A DNA stretch of 64,000 nt from Octopus vulgaris (Eukaryota), in the NCBI GenBank assembly GCA_951406725.2, contig OX597814.1, forward strand, positions 163,184,001 to 163,248,000, in the 5' to 3' direction. Numbering within the stretch: the first letter of the stretch is position 1; every line of letters starts with the position of its first letter. Of this stretch, positions 39,901 to 53,300 are shown piece by piece. Below the pieces are notes generated by a model that did not search any database, was not told the origin of the DNA, and worked only from the letters and a program-made list of their open reading frames with translations. The position numbers and the translations under genes are program-made.

Positions 39901-42900
39901 CAGCTCTACGTTTTGAGTCCAAACGCCATCGAGATAAACTTTGCCTTTCATCTATTGAAGCTCGATAAAATAATAGCAGTTGAACATTGGAGTAATGTGT
40001 TCGGTTCCCCATCCCTCAAAATTGCTGGCCTTGAGACAAAATTAGAAAGGATTATAAAAGGGAGAGTTGAAACAGGTACTTTGTGTGTCTCTCTTTAGAC
40101 TTCCATACATGTATTAATGGAAATTTAATTCAATCCACCATAATGATTGAATCAACAGCAATTATGACCAAAAGAATGTTATTAAATATATAGTCAAATA
40201 GTATCAGGACAACTCTTTACTTCTGGACATCTGTCATTGGATAATTGCAGTTTGACAATTACCCACTAGATGATTACCGTCATAAAACACCGTTCTCCCA
40301 GTAACCACCTCCTGACAGTTATTAATTATGCAAGTATTAATTATTGTAATTATCAATTATTTATTGTTTTGTGAGTTTTGTAAAAATGATGTATCTCCAT
40401 TCGAAGTATATCGTTTATTGAAGATCTGTTTATACATTTCTCGATACTTCTATTGTTACGTTCTAAATGTAAAATAGATTACCTTAATTACTAATTAGCA
40501 ATTCTTAATTATTGTGATTATTAATTATTGTATTTGTGTTTAATTCACAATTTGCAGTTTCAGTTGTATAATTGCAGTGATACAAGAATATAAGTCTTAC
40601 TGATATAGTATAATTACAGTGATATAAGAATATAAATCTTACTAATTAGAATATAAATCTTACTAATTAGAATATAAATCTTACTATTAGTATTTACTTG
40701 TGAAGGCACATGGCTCAGTGGTTAGAGCGTCGAGCTTACGATCGTGAGGTTGTGAGTTCGATTCTCGAACTGGGCTGCGTGTTGTGTTCTTGAGCAAAAC
40801 ACTTTATTTCACGTTGCTCCAGTTCACTCAGCTGTAGAAATGAGTTGCGACGTCACTGGGCCAAGCTGTATCGGCCTTTAACATCAGTGGCGTAGAGAGA
40901 GGAAGTTGGTATGCATGGGCAACTGCTGGTCTTCCATAAAAAACTTTGCCCGGACTTGTGCCTCGGAGGGTAACTTTCTAGGTGCAATCCCATGGTCATT
41001 CATGACCGAAGGAGGTCTCCTCCTCCTCCAGTATTTATTTGTGCCCCCTATCGTTGAGCTTTTTCTTAATTTTCTCTTGATTAGAGAAATTATTCAGAGA
41101 ATAGTTGTTCTTTGAGGGCTTTATCTAGGGTGTAATTGCCAGGGAGCAAATTATCCAGGGAACAGTCGTCCTAGAATCAAATATATGATACAATTTATAA
41201 ATTCTTGCAATTCAATAAAATTGATACATATGAAATAGGAACAAGCTTTGATTTTAAAATATTCAATTATTACTTACAGGTCTGGACATGTACTTATATT
41301 TAGTCAAAGTGTTGGAAGACAATTATCCTGATATGATGAAAAGACTCTTTGTCATCAACGGTAAGGAATTCCGAATCTGATAACTTTGTTCTATGTCCGT
41401 CTAAACCACTTTCGTACTCTGAATTTTCCTTTCTTGTCATTTCTACCGATTGAAGCATTATCTGAAAACATCTCGGTGGGGACGTTCTGTTTTTGAATGG
41501 TAAATTTGATTTATCGTCCGGTTAATATCACCACTTGGCTTTGAGTATCTTTAGCAGGGTCAACTGTTGGAACTCTTCGGGTCAGTTCTTTGGTCTCATA
41601 ACTTCCTCCAGCACCTCCTAGACATGGAGGTCCTGAAAATGGTTCATGGACACAGCCCTTCCTCAAACTATAACTTAGATAACTTAGGTTTAGGCCATTA
41701 TTGGTCCAGGCCATATCTAAAAAAAATTGGCTTTAGCTTTTCTCCAAGGATTATAAATCCCGAGAAATTCTCTTCTGTCTGTGTTCTTCTTCCAACTCCT
41801 CAATCAAAATATTTCAAATTCGACCAAGCATTGTGATATTCTAGTTTGGAGTGGTTTGATAAAGCCATAAAGTCAGCCACTTTCTCCTGGACATACGAAC
41901 TATCTTATGTAAGCATTGATTTCATAACTGATTTAATAATTCCACCAATAGATTCATTCAGTTCGATAATAATTTATTGGTAGCCTATTTTGCTTTCTAA
42001 TTGTGCCTTTATTTACACCAAATTAATTTTGGAAGAAGAGTAACTGATATAAAACGCCGGACAAAATGACTTACAGTGTTTCACTCCTACCCTCTTCGTT
42101 CAGGTATCACAAACGTTATCCAAAACGAGTTTTTTTTTCATCTACTTAGAGTCTATGTAATAAGTACAAGTTTAATGTAATGATGTCGAATCAATCATCT
42201 ATACCAACCGCTATACAATTCTTTCCTAGTGTATGTATGTATGTATGTATGTATGTATGTATGTATGTATGTATGTATGCATGTGTACGTGTGTGTATTT
42301 ATGCATGTCGTGCATTATTACATGTATGCATGTATGCATGTATTTATATATGTACGTATCTCATTAGTAGAGAGAATAAATGTCTCAGTTATACGAAATG
42401 AGATGCATCTTGTGAGGTTCATAGGTGTCTAGTTACCACATAAAATTACTTCTTGGTATTTTAAGTTTTGTAACGTAATATCTTCCTTAGCAGAGTACTC
42501 TGCAAGTATTTTTACTACTTCAGTAAGTCAGGATTTTTTTGGTCGTAAAATTAGGCATTCGATTCATTCCCCTGGTACTTTGCAGTCGCTTTATATTCAA
42601 CTCCTTGTAGCTGACAGCTATTCATAACAAAACCTAACTAGATCCTACCTCTTTCTATACCGGACGAAGAAGTAAATAGTCACAGAAACATCTAGACGTC
42701 CCGGAAGTATACTATTTGGTAAATAAAGGCGTATTTTCTTGATATGATATATTTCAGATTCATTCTTTGTGTATTTCATATAGACATTGGACATAGCTCC
42801 AACCAATTTATAATTAGACGTAGAGCACTGATAATAAACTCTTCGAATAGACGTGTTGAGATGTACCTTACGAGATTCATATGTATCTAGCTACTAAACG

Positions 42901-44967
42901 CACACATACATACGTGTATGTGCATATATGTGTGTGTATGTTTGTGAAGATATATATATATATTTACGTATATATAACTGTACTCTTTTCAGCCCCAACA
43001 CTATTTCCCGTTTTATATAAACTCGTGAAACCGCTTCTCAGTGAAGACATGAAGAACAAGATTTTTGTATTGGGAAGTAAGTAATCTTATTATCATTTCT
43101 TGACTGGCTCAATCAACCAACCTACCAATCAATTAATCACTCAGTCAGCTAATCCAAGTATTTAAAGACCATTTCAGTTGCTTGTAAGCGGTAATTATAG
43201 CTTGAAGGTACATAACTAAATGGATAAAGTATTGGACTATGTACTCACGTATTCATAGCTCTGTATTCATACCTACTGAAGAGATTTGATCCTGCCATTT
43301 GGCATGATACTTAATTCTATATGAATTTTAATTAATGTAGCTACGTGGAACATGTACAAGGCTTCGTTTTGATTTTACTGGCAATATCCAGATAACCCTT
43401 CATGAATAAAATATATCTTTTGTCTGTTTAAAGCCAAAAAAATGTTGGGGGTAAAGACGGAACAAATGACCAGCTCTCTGGTCTTTAGTTCTAGATTTTC
43501 TTGTTAGACAAATTAGTACAATCACAAATTTAAAAAAAACGAGTTTCATTAACGATTTGAATCTTTGCACATTTGTAAATGAGTAGCCTGAAAAATAATT
43601 ACGTGAAAATAAATGCCATCAATAATCAAAATAAATAAGTTCACACTTTAAAATAAAGGTGACTATTTAAGAAATGCATATCTAGTCACATTTACGCTGC
43701 TTATATTCTGTCACTATCCGTTATTATGTAGATTATGTACTGAAACAGATTATCGGAAAAAAATGTAATTGAAAAGATGGTTTGTCTACTCAGGCATGTT
43801 ATTACAATGCGATTGTATCCATACTCGCGTTTATTCAATTTGTATTGAGATTAACTTTGTATATGAAGATACAACAAAAGGTATTTGAAAAACTATGAAT
43901 AGAAAATTTAACGGTTATCTACACAGTTATTTTAAGAACGTTTTATATTATCATCAGAACATAGATATAACTATTTGGTTTAAGCTTTATTCCCTGATAG
44001 AATGGGTGGAGCTTTGACCAAAATACCTTGCAGCATTTAAGATGTGTTCTCATTGCGTTTTGAGATCAAATCCCGCAGAAGTCGACTTTGTCTTCCATCC
44101 TTATGGGGGTAATAAATTACCAGTTAATATACTAGGCCAGTTTCATCGAATGTAAAATATGCCTCGTCTTTATATACATAAAAACATAAAAGCAATCAAT
44201 AATCTAGAGTCATTTAGTTTCTATCGTACTAATGAACATCGGTGACATCTCGGTTTTCAGATGACTTTAAAGACACACTGCTGGAATATATTGAGGCGGA
44301 GAACCTTCCCGCTTATTTGGGCGGTACAAAGACCGGTTCTGATGGAGATCCCAAATGTGCAGATGTGGTAAGTATAAAGCTAATTCATGCTCTTCCTCAA
44401 CAATATGTTGATGACATTCCTAAAAGTTATCATTGTATTTCTTTCTACAATCATTTGGCAAGTAGATTTTCATTTTCTTCATCTGCAAAAGTATTCCATA
44501 TCGAACTGATGACAGCATTGATTGCTATCACATTATAGTTTTAACAATATTTTCACCGTTTTCACAAGGAAAGTCACCTCGCTCATATGAAGTTTAAGAC
44601 ATTTGGAGTGGTCTTAAGAAGGCCCAGAAATGAAATGAGAGACGTGAGATTTGAAGAATCGGTACTACTTGTGCCACTCACAAAGTTTTTCTAAAAGAAC
44701 ATAAATTTTAGCGTTTCCTTCATAATTTTCATATACCAAAACTAGCATACCCGTGTCATCAAAAATGCCGACAGTTTTTATTAATGATAGAAAATGGGGC
44801 ATCAATACAATGGGAAAGCCATTGCTAAATGTAAGCAAACTAGTAAATATATGAAGCACTTCACGAATCAGATACGATTGAACTGTCACAGTTGAAAATG
44901 TCTACACGATGTATGTGTGTGAATGTGTGTATGTGTGTGTATACACACACACACATACATATATATG

Positions 44968-45037
<70 letters not shown>

Positions 45038-45207
45038 TGTGTATATATATATATATATATACACACTCACATACGCGAACACACACACATATGCATTTAA
45101 GTCACCACGAAGTATATATATATATATATATAATGCTAGATATAGAAAAATAAGACATTTGGGGCTAGGAATAAAGCGGGAAAAGGTGAAATTCTTCAAG
45201 CAGGCAC

Positions 45208-45256
<49 letters not shown>

Positions 45257-46012
45257 GCGACTCCAGGTCATCAGTGTCACTCGGGCTCATCACAGATTTC
45301 GCATAAGACACGTGCCTGCTTGAAGAATTTCACGTTTTCCCGCTTTATTCCTAGGCCCCAAATGTCTTATTTTTCTATATCTAGCATTATGTCTTTTTCC
45401 ATTTCTAAGTTAAGGGTAAAAATAAAGCAACTCTGCAAAACACAAGTGATCTTTACACAGAGACGCGCAGAATAACAGCACTCAAATTTTGACGGCGGAG
45501 TGCACAACAAACATCAGCGATCTGACTGTCGCCTGTACTCTTGACAAAAGATGCCTGTCAGTCTCGTTCGCATTAGCCCGAGATACTGGATAACTTTTCA
45601 TTCCTTTAAGAATATTGTAGAACGGAAACTTTTCATAGATTGGAATTTAAATCCTAATCTCTATAGAAATTTAGTATTTTAAGAAAACATTGAATATGAA
45701 TTACTTGCCATTCTTAGGATTATAGATAACAATTCGGGATGTAACTTTTAAGCCCGAATCAGGTGCGTGTGAACGATATCAAGAGAACGTCTGCTACGAA
45801 TGATATTTTTTGACACAGGGCACCTCTAAGACGACCGGGAGATGCTGAACAACAATAAATGAACTGCGACCAGGCTCAATAAAAGAAGCCCGAGTTATTG
45901 GCTGAAATTACATACTTGAAGTCAGTGTTGGCAGAAATTAAATCAGCTTGAAAATACACGTTCACTCAGGTTTACATATATACATGCATACATACATACA
46001 TACATACATACA

Positions 46013-46048
<36 letters not shown>

Positions 46049-46077
46049 TATATATATCCCTCTCTCTCTCTCTCACT

Positions 46078-46144
<67 letters not shown>

Positions 46145-47089
46145 TAGGTAGGTAGGTGTGAGGGTGTGTATAAAACCATTTATCGTCGTTTCGAGGCAGT
46201 AACGAGTAAAGACCCCATTCGGGCATGAATGACCATGGGATTGCACCTAGAAAGTTACCCTCCACGGCACAAATCCGAGAAAGGTTGTTTATGGAAGACC
46301 AGCAGTCGCCAATGCATACCAGCCTTTCTTCTCCACGCAACCGATGTTATCCAAGGGAACGGGAAAGACCGAAGCAGCTTTGCACCATTGACGTCGCGAC
46401 TGGAACAACGTGAAATAAAGTGTCTTGCTCAAGACAACACACAGCCCAGTCCACGAATCGAACTCACTACCTCATGCGCCCAACGCTCTAACCACTGAGC
46501 CTTCAAAGCATTCTAGAATGAATATATCAAAACAAACAAGAGGTATAACTTGTTCCGTGTGTATATATTCGCGTCTTCAATTAGTAATATCTACCTGTAG
46601 TGTGATTAAATGGTATGATCTACCATTGACAGAGAATACAGAACCACGGATATGCAACAAAAAACCTCGATGCATCTTTTCAATAACCAGTACACTTCGT
46701 TCTCGATTGTTCAGTCCACTATTAGCAAGTTACTACTCATGCATCATTAGCTGTCTTCATATTTTTCAGACTATTTTTGAATCGATGGTCTAATATGGTT
46801 TACTATTTGTTTTGCTTTCTTTTATATTTTCAGATTTGCCATGGTGGTGAAGTACCTAAAGAATTCTATTTGGAAAATACCGAAGACTTCGAAACTATGG
46901 AGACCATTACTGTTGGAAGTGGTGATAAGATTTACATGGAATATGAAATCGAAAAGGAAGACAGTTTCCTTAAGTAAGTAGAAGACACACTAAAACATAC
47001 AAAACACTCACACACACTCATTTCATAAATACATACATACACGCATATGCAAACATGCACACACGCATACACGCACACGCGCACACACA

Positions 47090-47154
<65 letters not shown>

Positions 47155-47495
47155 GAATATATTATCCGAAATGTTCAGTTTCATATATCCATCATGGCTG
47201 ATCTTACCAATCGGTTTCGTGCTAGGAATACAATGGAGTGTTAGGTAACAATCCGATTATATAACCTTACGCTCATCAGAGTTAGCCGATATGGAATGGA
47301 ATATGGTGACTACTCCATATTCCCTTATGCGTATATATATATATATGGGTATATATGTATGTGTGTATACTGAGATGCTCCTTGACAGGTCAATTGTATG
47401 TCATTTTTGTTTTGTGCTATCAGTTCGGTGTAATGGTAAGGAAAGCTATACATTTACGGTAGATGAAACGTTTTAATCTCACAATGTTACAGTTT

Positions 47496-47589
<94 letters not shown>

Positions 47590-49293
47590 AGCGGCGAGGT
47601 AGCAGAATCGTTAGCACGCCGGGCGAAATGCATAGTGGTATTTCGTCTGCCGTTACATTCTGAGTTCAAATTCCGCCGAGGTCGGCTTTGCCTTTCATCC
47701 TTTTGGTCTTACGATCGTCGTAGCATAACCACCATTGCACTTACCAAAGTAGTGCTGAGAAAATTACGAAGTAAATGTACAGGATTTTAAAGTGGCTGGT
47801 GTAGAAAATTAGAATTGCTTAAATAATAAACAATTCGACGATGCCCTCAGCATGAAAAACAATTAAGTTAGTGCTAATATATCTTACGTAGACGTCTTAA
47901 AACTTTAAAGATAAATAATTATGGAAAAAATAATTAGGAAAAAATAATATTCAATGGTTAATTTTTTTTTTTTTTTCAATATAGTCAACATTCATTGGTT
48001 ATTCTGCAAACACTGTTAAGTTCCTACTCCAACCGATATCCAATATTCTTGATAGTCTTTCATCATTACTTTGGTAGGTACAGTGAAGTATATGCTTTAC
48101 TGTACGATCTTAATAAGACCGAAATATGCCCAAATTTGTCTCCGGTACATACCGAAAGTTTAAAATTATGTTAGTTAATGGTTAATATTGCTTATTTCCA
48201 TTACCTTTTTAATTTTCACTGTACTAAATATCTAACACTAACCTGGCTATTGCTTTTCATTAGGATGGCACCTCTGAGCAAATGTATCTATAGTCGACTA
48301 GATAAAACACCTGACTTTTATTCTATGGATCATGAGATAGCAACCCGCTGAAACTGTTACATTAAGTGCTTTGAATAAATCACTTGACTTGAATAGCCTT
48401 ACTTCAATGTTTGTTTTGTATTTTACCCTGATTTTTGAATCAGTTACTGCTTCACTGCCTGTGCATTAGAATTAAACAATTTAGTCATTGCATAGAGCGC
48501 TTATAACAATAGCTCTATCTTCTCCTAACTCAGTAACTATCCTAACTCAGTAACTATATCATGTTATTTCTATATTTCCAGTGTTGGTTTCAGTCATTAT
48601 TATTTTGTTCTTATGTTCATGATAGCTAAAGCCGAACCTTTTGTTGCTAGAATAAAACACGAATTTTCGTGAACGAATAGGAGATCTACTCAGTGGTCAT
48701 TCGAATTAGTAGAAACAGCTGCAAAATCTCTTTCAAATCACACTTTTATGTCTTCAGAAAAGAATTTCATGATGAATAATGTAATCCGGAGTACATTATA
48801 TATCAAACAGCTGAAATAGTAGTTATGATTGGAAAGCCTTTGGTCATCACGGCCAACTTGAAATTAATCAGTTTCAGCGATGTTGCACCTCGGATATGAA
48901 AAAGTGGCCATGTTGGTTTCATTGCAATATTTATGCAAAGCGAAGTCTACGTGAGTCGTCAATAGGAGTTTCTCACTCCCGTTCTACAATCATCAACCTA
49001 ATCATCAACACCATCATGTTTGTATGTGTGTGCGTGTATCTAAGTAAACACACACAGAGACTCCATTAAGTAGATCGTAGGAACTTGTGTTGTTCCTCAC
49101 ACGTACAACATTAAGTGTCTTTACTATATAATGAACAGAATGTTACGGCATAAGTCATGATTTGCTCGAAACTGATGTCAAGGTAAATACTGCTGCGTAT
49201 CTCCTTTTAATTTTTGTATGCTTTATTCTGTACTCAGTATTTTGTATTGCATACAGATACATTCATTAAGCCTACATGTGTTTACCTGCCTTT

Positions 49294-49363
<70 letters not shown>

Positions 49364-50263
49364 ACACACATATATATACCAATATTGCCAACAGGACCAG
49401 ATGCTGCAACAGCTTGAGTGTCAAGGGCCCATAGATCTTCAATATCGTCCCAAAAGGTCTGAGAGACCTCCATGGGGTGGATGTTGTTGTCATCACAAAA
49501 CTGGATCTCCTCCAGTCAAGAGTTCCGGATGAACTTACCTCGCAACAGGAAACGCAGACGAGGACAGCAACATGAAACTCCCTCATTCACCAAATGTCAC
49601 ATATCAGGGGAGGTTTCAAGTTGTGAAGGTGTAGCAAAGCTAACTGCGGTAACTCAGAATGGTCGCTGCTCTCAAGCTGAAACTAGTAAATATTTATATA
49701 TACATATAAAGGGTAATGGGTAAAACTTCACTTAGGTCATGAATGACCGAGGGATTACACCTAGAAAATTACGCTCCGAAGGACAAATCCAGGCAAGGTT
49801 GTTTATGGGGGACCAGCAGTTGCCCATGCATACCAGTCTCCTCTCTCCATGCCACCGATGTTATCCAAAGGAAAGGTAAAGGCCGATACAACTTGGCACT
49901 AGCAACGTCGCAACTCTCTTTTACAACCGAGTGAACTGAAGCAGCGTGAAATAAAGTGTCTTGCTCAAGAATACAACACGCAGCCCGGTCCGGAAATCGA
50001 ACTCACTACCTCATGATTGTGAGCCCGACGCTCTAACGACCGACCCATGCTTTTATTTATATATATTCTCTCTTACTTTTTATGTGTTTCTGTCATTTGA
50101 CTGCGGCCATGCTGGAGCACTGCCTTTAGTCTAACAGAACTTATTCTTTGTAAGCTTAGTACTTATTCTATCGGTCTCTTTTGCCGCACCGCTAGATTAC
50201 GGGGACGTAAACACACCAGCATCGGTTGTCAAGTGATTGGGAGGAGACAAACACAGACGCAAA

Positions 50264-50350
<87 letters not shown>

Positions 50351-53300
50351 AGGGTTTCTTTCAGTTTCCGTCTACCAAATCCATTCACAAGTCTTTGGTC
50401 GGCCCGAGGGTAAAGTAGAAGTCACTAGCCCAAGGTGCCACGCAGTGGGACTGAACCCGGAACTATGTGGTTAGTAGGCAAACAACTTACCACACAGCCA
50501 ATATATACATCATGCAAATAAGTAACAAAGATGTCCAGGTGTCATCGCATTACGGCTGTTTCAAGCGGCTCCATTTAATCGATCAATGAAACGGTCGTAA
50601 TGCACTGATACCTGGACATCTTTCTTACTTACAAAACGCTTTTTGATGAACTTACTAAACAAATAGAATACGTACACACCTGGTATCAAAACTTAATTTT
50701 AAGTTGCTTTTCAATGTTGTCCTTAACAGGTAAACTCTGTCACTCTCTCTCTCTTCCTCTCTCTATATATATGTATGTTATTTTTTTATTGCCCACAAGG
50801 GGCTAAAGATAGAGGGGACAAACAAGGACAGACAACGGGATTAAGTCGATTATATCAACCCCAGTACGCAACTGGTACTTAATTGATCGACCCCGAAAGG
50901 ATAAAAGGCAAAGTCGACCTCGGCGGAATTTGAACTCAGAACGTAGCGGCAGACGAAATACTGCTAAGCATTTCGCCCGGCGTGCTAACGTTTCTGCCAG
51001 CTCGCCGCCTTCCCTATATATATGTATGTGTGCGTATGTACTTTTGTTTGGTTTGTGTGTGTGTTGTATCGAGGGGAAGAGGCGGTGAGATACTTATTAG
51101 AATAGCGTCTCTCTATCAACGGCATATCAGTGCATGTGATTTAAACTATTGTTTATTTTGTTCATTTATTTCATTTATTTTTTTAATCTTTTTTTAGATG
51201 GGAATACAAAACTGAGGAACACGATATCGGATTTGGAGTTTTTAGAAAGAATGGTGACGACTGGGAAGAGGTTGTGCCTATTCAGAGAACCGACTGTTCC
51301 ATCATGACTCTTGATGGCAGCTACAAATGCAAAGATCCCGGAACATGTAAGTAGTATTGTTGGCGGTAATGGTGGCAATGGTGGTGATGGTGGTTGTTGT
51401 CTTTTGCTGGTTGCTGTGATGGTGGTGATGGCAGTTGTTGGTGGCGGTGGTGGTTGGCGGTGGTGGTTGTGATACTAGCTGTGTGTTGTTGGTGGCGGTG
51501 GTGGTTGTAATGGCGGTTACGATTGTTGTTGTTGTTGATGGCGGCGGTGGTGAAACTAGCTGTGTGTTGTTGTCAATAGTGGTGGCGGTGGTGATACTAG
51601 CTGTGTGTTGTTGTTAATAGTGGTGGCGGTGGTGATACTAGCTGTGTGTTGTTGTTAATAGTGGTGGCGGCGGTAGCGTTTAGCCTCAGTTCAATGTTTA
51701 TCCGACCAGTAGAAATATCATATAAAAATATAAGTCTTCTAGCCTCGATCGCAGTTTGTATCTAGCATTGCCTTATCTAGTGTGTCCTCGTTCTCTTTTT
51801 AAACCGAAGTGCAGGATTTCAGAGGAAGTTGATTGCAATTTCTTGCGCATCAATCGACTGCATAGTGGCTCTTTTATTGGCTCATTTGTAGGTACTTTGC
51901 ACTTACACCTAGAGAACACCATCATTTGCAAGGCTCCTTTAATTAAATGTAATGTGGTGGAACCGGTAGAGAGCTGAAGTAAACGTCTTAAAGTATTTAA
52001 TTTCGACCGCCTACATTATACGTTCAAATCTCTTTCGGTACCAACTTTGCTTCTCACTGTTTTATGCCGATAAAAGTATTATCAGAAAATTGCTGAGGCC
52101 GATTCAGTTGATTATACAGATTTTTGACCTTGCACCAGTGTGAGAATCCAACGCCTAACAGAAGTCGAATGCAACTTCCATCCTTTGATAATTTATGAGA
52201 AACTAAATTACTTATACACTTTGAATGACACAAGAGTGCAGCCATGGTTGTATGATTCATAAGTTTGCTACTCAACTACGAGATTTCGACTTGAATCAGC
52301 TCAAGATTTGTAAGTGAGCGCTGCATCGACCAAAACTTTGTGAACATTGATAGACAGAAAATGTTTTGATATCCAGTAGGCTTTAATCCATCGTCCAATT
52401 TAACACTATCACCATTACTTGGCACATAGATAACTTTAGCAAAGTTTACTCTGTTGCAAGTATTTGAGCCAGGTTACCGGTCAAAGTATAACTTTCTCCC
52501 TGCCTTCCATTAGTTTTAGAGGTCTTGAAATAATCGGTAGTTTCTATCCCAAAAGAAATCATTATTACCTATAGCTTATTGATAGATACCTCTAATCAGT
52601 GAAAGGTCAAGCAAATTATCCGCACGAGTGTCAAGAAATATAAATAATATCAATATCAAATCTAAAAATTTCAATAGTATTAATATTAAATCTGAAATCG
52701 TCCGTCTTTACGTTCTGAGTTCAAATTCCATCAAGTTCGACATTGCCTTTCATCCTATAAAGGTCGATAAAATAAATACCAGTTGAATGTTGTGGTCGAT
52801 ATAATCCACTTAACTTCTCTCCAGAAATCGCTGGCCTTGTACCAAAATGTGAAACTAATATTAAATCTGGAACTTAAGTCTATTTAGATGTCTTATTGAT
52901 TTAACATTAAATCGAATTATCTCAATCTTAATAACATAAAAATTAAATAGATTAATGAATTATCTGATAATTACGATTATTTTGGTCACTGGATAATGCT
53001 GATTATGTTATTATTTAGTAAGTTAAAACATCAATATTTCACCTGCAAGCAAAATAAATAAATTCTGATTTACTTTAATCAGATGATATATTTTAGGAAT
53101 ACGTGAAATTCATAAATTCCCATGTAGTTTCCCAACATAGAGGATATTTATGCCAAGAGGACCTTTGAAGGTCATTAACACCGCACCATTATTTTCACTA
53201 AACCATTAAAAGAGAATATATATAATGCATATAAGTATGCATATATACAATTATTACTAAACATAGACACAAGATCTCAAATTTGAGGGATGAATTTAAT

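Noticed and set aside
40703-40780. tRNA gene candidate (also other A/B-box heads)
   Set aside because: It continues directly into a SINE core and tail with a TSD, and there is no complete acceptor stem or poly-T terminator.
45251-45293. C/D-box snoRNA-like motif on the minus strand (GTGATGA...CTGA...CTGA)
   Set aside because: It is only about 43 nt long, D' and C' would overlap, it is antisense to the host gene and has no terminal stem. A truncated repeat end explains it better.
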